Below are positions 8,129 through 15,433 of a stretch of 42,603 bases of DNA, one piece after another; position 1 is the first letter of the stretch; every line of letters begins with the position of its first letter. A program made the translations under genes and the position numbers. Origin of the DNA: Nanobdellota archaeon (GTDB taxonomy: Archaea > Nanobdellota > Nanobdellia > Woesearchaeales > GW2011-AR9); contig JBBSWG010000056.1 of NCBI GenBank assembly GCA_038046425.1, forward strand, positions 1 through 42,603, read 5' to 3'. Under the pieces are notes generated by a model, which saw only the letters and a list, made by a program, of their open reading frames with translations, ran no database searches and was not told where the DNA came from.

Positions 8129-8251
8129 TTATTTTATTTCTTCAAGACGATTTGCTAGTTCTGAATGACGGGTTGCAAGGTGCAACCAGCATTCCTGAGT
8201 GAGGCGAATTCGCCTTCCACTTCCATTTTCTATTTCAAATATCTGAATCAT
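8129..8251 (-). CDS. small ORF (40 aa), possibly a truncated partner of the DUF2283 gene
   Basis: MIQIFEIENGSGRRIRLTQECWLHLATRHSELANRLEEIK lies directly upstream of the DUF2283 gene and is co-oriented with it. No confident family call. Confidence 0.25.
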   Translation of the reverse strand: MIQIFEIENGSGRRIRLTQECWLHLATRHSELANRLEEIK

Positions 8252-8259
8252 TGTTACCA

Positions 8260-8874
8260 CTAAGCCCTTCCTTTACTTTCCCCTTTCACTATTCCAGCAC
8301 CAATCAAATGGGCGGTCCGGATCGGTTCAGGGATGTAACTATGAGTACAGCAGAGTTTAATGATTTTTACCGCTTCCTCCAGCGCTATACCAGCTGCCTG
8401 AATGAAGATTTTTCCTTCCAAGGCTTTTCTTTCCAAAGCTTTTCCTTCCGGGGCCTTTCTTTCCTTTACGTTTACTTCTTTTGGCTTGCCCGCTTTTTCC
8501 ATCAATTGATACTTTTTCTCCATCCCCAGTTTCTGAAGGGTCTGCTCTAACTTCTCAAAATCCGGCATCTTTCTCACCACCACAATCACCGGAAGGCCCG
8601 TATGCTGGTTCAAGCTATGAATATTGATGACGTTAAATCCGCCCACGGCAATGCCATCCAGCAGAATCGCTTGCAGCTGTGGCTTAAATTTGCTGTTGTT
8701 GATCATCTGGATCAGCTGGTAGGTGGCATCGTCGCCATCAACATTTACCTGCGTGCTGAGCACGCCGTCCATCCATTCCCCGCCGCGGAAGAAAGTGGCG
8801 ATGACCGGAACGGTTTTATCACCTAGATTGAACGGAGCATCGTCAATGCCGAGGAGGCGGATTTGGGATTTCAT
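8260..8874 (-). CDS. DUF99 / UPF0215 family protein (endonuclease V-like fold)
   Basis: LLGIDDAPF, VDGDDAT, LLDGIAVGGFNVI, LPVIVVVRKMPD and PEPIRTAHLI match the conserved DUF99 blocks. It ends in TAG and contains an in-frame 15-bp tandem repeat. Confidence 0.8.
   Translation of the reverse strand: MKSQIRLLGIDDAPFNLGDKTVPVIATFFRGGEWMDGVLSTQVNVDGDDATYQLIQMINNSKFKPQLQAILLDGIAVGGFNVINIHSLNQHTGLPVIVVVRKMPDFEKLEQTLQKLGMEKKYQLMEKAGKPKEVNVKERKAPEGKALERKALEGKIFIQAAGIALEEAVKIIKLCCTHSYIPEPIRTAHLIGAGIVKGESKGRA
8410..8464. repeat. 15-bp tandem repeat (about 3.7 units) inside the DUF99 gene
   Basis: TTTTCCTTCCAAGGC / TTTTCTTTCCAAAGC / TTTTCCTTCCGGGGC / CTTTCTTTCC. It is in frame and encodes KAPEGKALERKALEGK on the minus strand. 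Confidence 0.8.
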
Positions 8875-9072
8875 GTTGTGGGGATTTCATTTTTCAGATC
8901 TTTTCAGACCGAACCGACCCTTTCAGACCGAAAGGAGCATTAGCTCATAAGCTTTTTGCTTTCAATACGCTCTGTTTATTACTAAAAAGTGTAAAGGAAC
9001 ATTTTTATAAGAAGAGAATATTTCCCTTAAGGCATGAACAAAAAGAAAAATATTAATACAGGTGTTTAGAAT

Positions 9073-9573
9073 ATGCCCGTAACTCCAGCTTCTCCTATAG
9101 TACCGGCGCCTTCAGTAGCTTCTTCCGGAACGATTTGGGGCTTCCCGAAGGAAGTTTTTATTGCATTGTTAAAATACGGTGCCCTGGCCGGAGTTATTTC
9201 TGGCGTTCTGGAATTTATCGGCAGTGTATTGAGTTCAGCTACTTCCTGGTTTGGCTGGCTTACTGCTTTAAGCGGTCTTTTTTCTATCTACCAGCTCGTC
9301 AGTGGCGTGTTTTGGGGTGCAGTTTGGGGTGCCGGCACCGTACTGGTAGTAGTAAAATACTATGAGAAATTTCCATTTAAAACGCTATTCATGAAATTTT
9401 TTGGCTTGGCCTTGATTGTTGACGTAGCCATAACCTTGCTCTTTGGTGGCTTTATCCTCCTGTTTGCCGGACCGTTAAGTTTCCTGTTTCTGTTTGGCTC
9501 GCTCATCCTTGCCGATTTGGTCTTTGCCAAAGTAGCTACCCATACTATTCAACCAATAACCCGGCTGCCATGA
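9073..9573 (+). CDS. hypothetical polytopic membrane protein (166 aa)
   Basis: ORF track. It has four or more hydrophobic segments, and its stop overlaps the next gene's start (ATGA at 9570-9573). Confidence 0.55.
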   Translation: MPVTPASPIVPAPSVASSGTIWGFPKEVFIALLKYGALAGVISGVLEFIGSVLSSATSWFGWLTALSGLFSIYQLVSGVFWGAVWGAGTVLVVVKYYEKFPFKTLFMKFFGLALIVDVAITLLFGGFILLFAGPLSFLFLFGSLILADLVFAKVATHTIQPITRLP

Positions 9574-11054
9574 ACAGAATAAGAATAACCCTAGCTAAAG
9601 TAACCAGGGGCAAAATAACCCTGGCCTTCTCATTAATACTTCTTCTCCTAATGCTGGTTAGCTGTGGTCTAGTGAAAGTGGAACGGCAGGAAATTACCAT
9701 CAGCGGTCTAGTAACGGATATGCAGGGAAATCCTCTGGAGGGGGTGAAAATCACTAGCGGGACTTCTTCTGCCCTTACTACGGCTTCAGGGAATTATGAA
9801 TTGGAAAATGTCATTGTTGAGACGGTCAAGCTTCCCACGAAATTAAAGACCAAAGCTAGTGGAGAAGAGCTGGAAGTAACCGGTGAAGGAGAAGAATCAA
9901 TCGTAGAAGGGGGAGTAGAACTTTACTTTTCCATCCACTATGAGCCCTGGGGATATTATGGCTTTACCCGGCTGGTCAATCCCGAGAATTCCCTAGTTAA
10001 CTTCAAATTGAACCAAAATCTCGCTAAGTCTTCACCAGCGTTGGATTCTTCCTCCCCCCAACAGGAGAGTGCTGGCTTAATCAGCAAGGAACGCGGGCAA
10101 GCCATTCAGCCCACGATCGTGGAAGGAACCGTAGGGGAAGAATTGACGGATGGGTATCTGAAGCTCAGAGTATACAATTATCAACTCGGCCCTCTGGAGA
10201 CCTATGCGGATCAAACTGAAGAAGGTCATTTTGCGGTATTTGAAGTGGAAGCAGAAAACCGGTTAGACACCGAAGTAGATTTTTATGATAACTTGAGGGT
10301 GTTAACTGGTTTAGGTGATAAGTACGGCTCATCTTGCCTACGACAGGCCGAAGAAAAAAGTGAGCAGGTTTTTGCTTCTAAGCCTTTAAGGCCAAAAGAA
10401 AAAAGAAGAGGTTTAATCGTCTGTCCAGTCCCTAAAGACACCATGAACCTATTTTTGTTTTATGATGATCAGATCCCTTATTCTATTCAGGAGAATTATG
10501 CGGAGAATTCTAAATTTGGTGAAATAAAAGTGAAGATTTACACTTTTGCCGAGATCAAAGACAAATTAACGGTTGAAGGAAAAATGAATGAATTTGTTAG
10601 TAATGAACTTACCTGGAACCAAATAAAAGTAAATTCTTACGAATTAAGAGATACTGTAGGAACTATCGACTTTTCCAGTTATGATTCTGGTGGCGAGTGT
10701 ATTGATGATTCTCCAGACTTCATGGAAGGATATAGCTGTAAATTTCTGATAGTCGAGCTGACGGTGAAGAACAAAGAAAAACTATTCAAAGAAGAAATAA
10801 CTTCCAATGTATTGAAGAATTACGCCCTGTCGCTGGGAGGAAAAGACAAACTGTTGCGGTTTCCGTATCAAAAAGCCTACGAAATGCTGGATCAGCCTTT
10901 AAATCTCGAGAATATGGCTCCGGGAGAAGAGCGAACGGGACAATTAGTCTATGCCGTGACTGCCGACGTGGAGAAATTTGGGGGCGTCAGTAAACTGGCC
11001 CGGTTACAGTATAAATTTGGGCTTAGTGAGTTCGTCATTGAACTTAATAGTTAA
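9570..11054 (+). CDS. lipobox-containing secreted protein with a CarboxypepD_reg-like domain and two DUF4352-like domains
   Basis: The signal peptide ends LLMLVSC-G (lipobox L-V-S-C). ISGLVTDMQGNPLEGVKITSG..TASGNYELENV resembles the carboxypeptidase-regulatory fold. There are two beta-rich segments of DUF4352 type. Confidence 0.65.
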   Translation: MNRIRITLAKVTRGKITLAFSLILLLLMLVSCGLVKVERQEITISGLVTDMQGNPLEGVKITSGTSSALTTASGNYELENVIVETVKLPTKLKTKASGEELEVTGEGEESIVEGGVELYFSIHYEPWGYYGFTRLVNPENSLVNFKLNQNLAKSSPALDSSSPQQESAGLISKERGQAIQPTIVEGTVGEELTDGYLKLRVYNYQLGPLETYADQTEEGHFAVFEVEAENRLDTEVDFYDNLRVLTGLGDKYGSSCLRQAEEKSEQVFASKPLRPKEKRRGLIVCPVPKDTMNLFLFYDDQIPYSIQENYAENSKFGEIKVKIYTFAEIKDKLTVEGKMNEFVSNELTWNQIKVNSYELRDTVGTIDFSSYDSGGECIDDSPDFMEGYSCKFLIVELTVKNKEKLFKEEITSNVLKNYALSLGGKDKLLRFPYQKAYEMLDQPLNLENMAPGEERTGQLVYAVTADVEKFGGVSKLARLQYKFGLSEFVIELNS

Positions 11055-11142
11055 TAAACCTAATAGTCAATAAAGAGATCCTGCTGATATTTGCTCCTTC
11101 TACTCTTGAGGTTATCTCTCTCCCCTTCTTCTTTATACTTCT

Positions 11143-11925
11143 TTATGCCTCTTTATACTTCTTTTCTTCACTATACCTCTTCCCCAACACATAACCTGCC
11201 ACTATCACCATCACCACACTAAACCATTGCCCTAAACTTAAGCCCAGATAAAGAATATCTTCCCGAAAAAAGTCCATTAAAAACCTACCAATCCCTTCCC
11301 ACAACACCAGATTCCAGAAGATGAAGCCGGGCTTAAACTCTTTCCATGCTGATAAAAACCATAACCAGCCAAACACCGCCATTCGCTGGAAAAAAGAGTA
11401 AATCATGTTAGGGTGCCGGCAGACATCTCCGTAATCAGGGAAAACGACACACCAGCGCCCATTCCACGGTCGGCCAACTAATTCCCCATTCACAAAATTA
11501 GCCAATCTTCCTAAGGCCAGGGCAAACATCACCGGCACGGCTACTATATCAGCAATCTTCCAGAAATCCTTTTGCTTTTTCTTACAATAATACCAGCAGG
11601 CCACTACAATCCCCATCAAACCGCCATGGAAACTCATGCCCCCTTCCCATATCTTCAATAAGTTCCAGGGCTGGAAGAGGTAATAGCTGGGATTCCAGAA
11701 GAGCATGAATAGGCGGGCACCAATAATTACGCCTAAGATTGAATGAAACGCTAAATCAGAGATGTCATCGCTGGACATATCTAAAATCCCTTTTTTCCTC
11801 GCTTGATTTAGCCACCACATCCCCAGCAGGAAGCCTAGGACATAGACTAGGCCGTACCAGCGAACTTCTAATGGTCCGAGGTTCAATAAAGTTGGGTTAA
11901 GGTTGTGGGTCCACATTTTTATCAA
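11143..11925 (-). CDS. lgt: prolipoprotein diacylglyceryl transferase (bacterial-type Lgt)
   Basis: VRWYGLVYVLGFLLG, SFHGGLMG and ALGRLANFVNGELVGRPW match conserved Lgt blocks (Y-G-L, HGG, GRxGNFxNxExxG). The protein has 7 TM-like segments. Confidence 0.85.
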   Translation of the reverse strand: MIKMWTHNLNPTLLNLGPLEVRWYGLVYVLGFLLGMWWLNQARKKGILDMSSDDISDLAFHSILGVIIGARLFMLFWNPSYYLFQPWNLLKIWEGGMSFHGGLMGIVVACWYYCKKKQKDFWKIADIVAVPVMFALALGRLANFVNGELVGRPWNGRWCVVFPDYGDVCRHPNMIYSFFQRMAVFGWLWFLSAWKEFKPGFIFWNLVLWEGIGRFLMDFFREDILYLGLSLGQWFSVVMVIVAGYVLGKRYSEEKKYKEA

Positions 11926-11973
11926 TACCAGGGGGTTAGTGGTAGGTTCTCATCTGCTCCCTCCCCGCGCTGA

Positions 11974-11996
11974 AGAATTTTGCGAAGCAAAATTCT
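11974..11996. repeat. palindromic hairpin repeat AGAATTTTGC-GAA-GCAAAATTCT (copy 1 of 3)
   Basis: 10-bp perfect stem with a 3-nt loop. The flank CCGCGCTG is shared with copy 2 in the opposite orientation. Confidence 0.7.
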
Positions 11997-12098
11997 CACT
12001 ATTCTACCCTTTCCATGCCTAAATCTTTATATATTCTTCCCCTCTTTCTATAAATAAATTACCCTTTCCATAAATTATAACTAAAATCATAAACTAAA

Positions 12099-12464
12099 AT
12101 GATAACACAGGGCTTCCTGATGGAATTTGAACTAGGCCTGCTGCGAGCTTATAATCGTGCGGCCAGAAAAGTGGAAGGGAAAAAAAGTTCTGACGTCTCC
12201 AGCCGGGCTCAGGTGCGGGAAGATTTCATCAAAGAATTCATGGGCACTTTCAGCCAGGAACATTCCGTCCTGGGGTGGGAGATTGAAAAGGGCGGTCATG
12301 ATTCCAGCAAGCTCTTACAGAAAATCAGCAAGGAAGTGGAAGGTAAAGTACGTACTTTCCTGCTGCAGAAAGAGCCTAAAGACCGGGCCACCTTTGAGCG
12401 GATGGTGCGGGACCTGAAGAATGACATTCGGAATGTGTTCTATGAGCGGTATTTGGGAGAATGA
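12099..12464 (+). CDS. hypothetical protein (121 aa)
   Basis: ORF track only. No motif recognised. Confidence 0.4.
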   Translation: MITQGFLMEFELGLLRAYNRAARKVEGKKSSDVSSRAQVREDFIKEFMGTFSQEHSVLGWEIEKGGHDSSKLLQKISKEVEGKVRTFLLQKEPKDRATFERMVRDLKNDIRNVFYERYLGE

Positions 12465-12501
12465 GTAGGGGTGAGGATATTTGAAGATGATTAATTTAAT
12501 A

Positions 12502-12659
12502 TGTCAAAAATATACCACCAGTCTATTGACTGGTGGACAAGGTCCACCTGCGAAATTCTAGGTGATATATTTTTGAGCATGCTCAAAATGGGGCGGGTGG
12601 CGAGCGAAGCGAGCATGCCACCGGTCTGTGACCGGTGGTCCGCCCGCCCTCATTTTGAC
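12502..12659 (+). mobile_element. MITE-like structured repeat, copy B (158 nt)
   Basis: See copy A. This copy is intergenic and ends about 55 nt upstream of the ATG of the first cassette gene, whose TATA-like box CTTTATATA follows the element. Confidence 0.8.
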
Positions 12660-12715
12660 AGAAAGAGCTGAAGATAGAAATCTTTATATAGAGCGGTGGT
12701 TTAGTCCTGCCTACG

Positions 12716-13228
12716 ATGAGCTGGAAAAAGGGTAGGGTGTTGATTAGCCTGTTAGTGTTAAGTTTCTTTCTCCTGGCCTGTACTGATGCGTCAGGAAGCA
12801 TTACTGTTAAACCAATTTGGGATAAAATTTTAAACGTAGCTTCCCTTCAGTTCCTGGGAGTTACCGAAGGAAATGCGCTTATTGCTTTTATGCGTCTTTT
12901 AGTGGCCATTTTAGTTTTTGCGGTACTCTTTGAGTTAGGCCGCCTTACTCCTCTGGGAAGAAATACAGCTATTGTCGTGGCGGCAATCCTGGCGATCATG
13001 TCCGCTATCTTTATTCCCGGCAACCTGTTAGCCGGAATTGGCGGAGCCTATGCTACGGTAGTTGCCTTTGTCTTGCTGGGCATCCCGGTCCTTGGCGGGT
13101 TTTATGCCCTGATGGCCATTCCCGGCACCAGTCGGGGCATGATTGCTTTACGGCTCGCCGTTATCCTGCTCCTACTATGGATCTTAATTTCAATAAAAAC
13201 CCATGCACTAGCAATCACCGGTCTTTAA
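12716..13228 (+). CDS. cassette protein A1: lipobox signal peptide plus 4-TM membrane protein, unknown family
   Basis: The signal peptide ends FFLLAC-T. The product is a paralog of 14065..14598 (AIVVAAILAIMSAIFIPGNLLAGIGGAYATVVAFVLLGIPVLGG vs AAIVAAILATIAVIFIPPNILAATGTGWATLVALVLIGAPVVG). Confidence 0.65.
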   Translation: MSWKKGRVLISLLVLSFFLLACTDASGSITVKPIWDKILNVASLQFLGVTEGNALIAFMRLLVAILVFAVLFELGRLTPLGRNTAIVVAAILAIMSAIFIPGNLLAGIGGAYATVVAFVLLGIPVLGGFYALMAIPGTSRGMIALRLAVILLLLWILISIKTHALAITGL

Positions 13229-13231
13229 ACT

Positions 13232-14032
13232 ATGGCAATCGAACAAGCCTTTGAACAGTTGGCAAAAGCGATCCTGAATTTCGTTAACTTTGGGATTACC
13301 ATACTGACTATCCTGCTGATCTGGGAACTGATTCGCCTGGTGATGGGGCCAAAGCCGGGAGAAGCGGCTAGTGCTGTCGGCAACCGTCTCACTGACTGGA
13401 AAAAAAGCCCGGTGCTGAAAGCAATCAAAAAGGGACGAGGACGCTGGAATACCAGAATGTTAAATGAATACCTGCAGGAGCAAAAAGAAACACAGTTCCT
13501 GAACGAAGCAGTAAAAGCCAGCCAGAATGCGTTGGCTGCAGTGGAAAAAGTACGTGGTGCTAAAGAAATAACCTCAGAAAAAGAGCGGGATGAAATGGTT
13601 AATGCTGTCGAGGAACTGGAAGCGCACCTGAAGGCAGTTAAACATCGCTATAGCCGCGTCAAGCGGGCAACATTCAGGCAGGAGCGGGCCCTGGAACCGC
13701 TCATTAAAAAATGGCGGGAAGCGGGGAAAGATGTTCAAGAATTGATTGCCCTGGAAAATAACCTTCTCAAGCTTCATAAAGAGTGTCTGGCAGAAGTGGA
13801 TACAGTGATGAATCACTATGGAAGATTAGATGGGCATCTTAAAGTAGTGAAGTCCTATCCGAGCTTTCCTATTGCTCTCTCCGGAAGCCCACTAGAAACT
13901 CCATTAAAAGAAATGCAGAATAATCTCCAAGATGAAGTCTATGAATTAGAGGAGATTTACAAAAAGCAAGTGGAGATAGATAAAGAGGTCCAGGCGATAA
14001 TTTCTAAAGTTAAGCCCCTCTGGTCAGCATAA
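13232..14032 (+). CDS. cassette protein B1: N-terminal TM anchor plus long coiled coil, unknown family
   Basis: It starts 3 nt after the A1 stop. The TM helix FVNFGITILTILLIWELI is followed by about 200 aa of heptad-like, K/E-rich sequence. It is a paralog of 14668..15417. Confidence 0.65.
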   Translation: MAIEQAFEQLAKAILNFVNFGITILTILLIWELIRLVMGPKPGEAASAVGNRLTDWKKSPVLKAIKKGRGRWNTRMLNEYLQEQKETQFLNEAVKASQNALAAVEKVRGAKEITSEKERDEMVNAVEELEAHLKAVKHRYSRVKRATFRQERALEPLIKKWREAGKDVQELIALENNLLKLHKECLAEVDTVMNHYGRLDGHLKVVKSYPSFPIALSGSPLETPLKEMQNNLQDEVYELEEIYKKQVEIDKEVQAIISKVKPLWSA

Positions 14033-14064
14033 ATCTTATAAAGCTTTTAGTTCTTCGGTAGAAA

Positions 14065-14598
14065 ATGCCGCAAAAAAGAGCTGGATTGTACCTTTTCCTA
14101 ACTCTTTCTATTATCCCTATTGTATCTGCCCTCTCTCTGGATAGCCTCTGGTCCAACCTCATCACCTTCGGCAACCTTCATTGGCTAGGCTATTCTGATG
14201 CCAACCTCGTCCTGGGCCTGATGCGCATCCTGCTGTGGTTCCTGATCTTTACCTTGTTCTTTGCGGTCATGACTGGTTTGGGAAGCGAGAAAGGTTCAGC
14301 ACCGATGAAATTCTTTGGCCGGAAGCAAGCGGCTATTGTTGCCGCTATCCTTGCTACCATCGCGGTCATTTTCATTCCGCCAAATATCCTTGCGGCCACC
14401 GGTACCGGCTGGGCTACCTTGGTAGCCTTGGTCCTGATTGGCGCTCCGGTTGTCGGCATCGCTTACCTGCTGTGGAAGATTCCCTGGGAAGGAGAAGAGA
14501 CTAAATTCACCGTCTTCCTGAAGATCGTGCTCTGCCTGCTATTGTTTTGGATCCTGTCCGCGATGAAATATCATCTCGGTGCCCTAGGAGTTGGATAA
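14065..14598 (+). CDS. cassette protein A2: signal peptide plus 4-TM membrane protein, paralog of A1
   Basis: ORF track. It aligns to A1 as given above. A CTTATAAAG box lies about 25 nt upstream. Confidence 0.65.
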   Translation: MPQKRAGLYLFLTLSIIPIVSALSLDSLWSNLITFGNLHWLGYSDANLVLGLMRILLWFLIFTLFFAVMTGLGSEKGSAPMKFFGRKQAAIVAAILATIAVIFIPPNILAATGTGWATLVALVLIGAPVVGIAYLLWKIPWEGEETKFTVFLKIVLCLLLFWILSAMKYHLGALGVG

Positions 14599-14667
14599 AG
14601 AGGACTTAATAAAAGATGATTTAATAATAAAAGGAAAAAGAGATCAGAGGAGAAAAGAGTCAAAAAA

Positions 14668-15417
14668 ATGCCCCTAAACCCTTTACCTTTAAGCGACATC
14701 GTCAGTACCACGATGAACGATTTCCTCAATTATGCGCTGACGATAATCTTAGTTATGCTTATCTATTATATCGGCAAATTCTTTTTCGTTCCGCCAAAAA
14801 GCCAGGAGCCAAGCCTGGAAGAGCGCCGGGCAGCGCTGAAAAAGGGCATAGATTGGGTCAAAAGCCTTTCTCCAAAGGAGAAGAAAGAAAAGGAGAAAGA
14901 GCTTCGCCAGCAGGAACGGCAGGTGCGGGAAGAAGAACGAGAAGTTCGCCAAGAGGAAAAAGAGTTGGAGGAGCGAGAAGATAAAGTTGAGCGGGGCGAG
15001 CAAAGGTCCAGGAAAATAACCAGCAATCTGATGAAAGTCATTGCCTGCATCAATAAAGCGATTCAGCAGCGAAACGATAAAGGGGAAGCTAAAAAGTGGA
15101 TTCACCGGGCCAAGCGGCACATGATCAGGGCCCGGGATGTTGATATTATAGAGAAGATTACGCAGGGAACGCTGCACCATGATAAAGCGTTAGAGATCCG
15201 CCATTATCTTGTTCAGATGCGGGAAGCGTTAGACTCTATCCCTCTTGAAGAAGCGGCATTGAAGAGATTTAATCAGAATCTGGGAGCGGTGGTAAGTGCT
15301 ATCGGCCAATTGATTGCCAGGCTCTATGAGCAAGTTGAGGTTCAACGGCAGGCCGCTCAGCAGAAAAAGGGGAAAGCCGTTGGTGCCCGGCCGGTGGCCC
15401 GCTTAAGAACAAGGTAA
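14668..15417 (+). CDS. cassette protein B2: N-terminal TM anchor plus charged single-helix/coiled-coil region, paralog of B1
   Basis: The TM helix FLNYALTIILVMLIYYI shares the pattern F-[VL]-N-[FY]-[GA]-[IL]-T-I with B1. It is followed by KEKKEKEKELRQQERQVREEEREVRQEEKELEEREDK. Confidence 0.6.
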   Translation: MPLNPLPLSDIVSTTMNDFLNYALTIILVMLIYYIGKFFFVPPKSQEPSLEERRAALKKGIDWVKSLSPKEKKEKEKELRQQERQVREEEREVRQEEKELEEREDKVERGEQRSRKITSNLMKVIACINKAIQQRNDKGEAKKWIHRAKRHMIRARDVDIIEKITQGTLHHDKALEIRHYLVQMREALDSIPLEEAALKRFNQNLGAVVSAIGQLIARLYEQVEVQRQAAQQKKGKAVGARPVARLRTR

Positions 15418-15433
15418 ATTTACCGCAGTAAAT

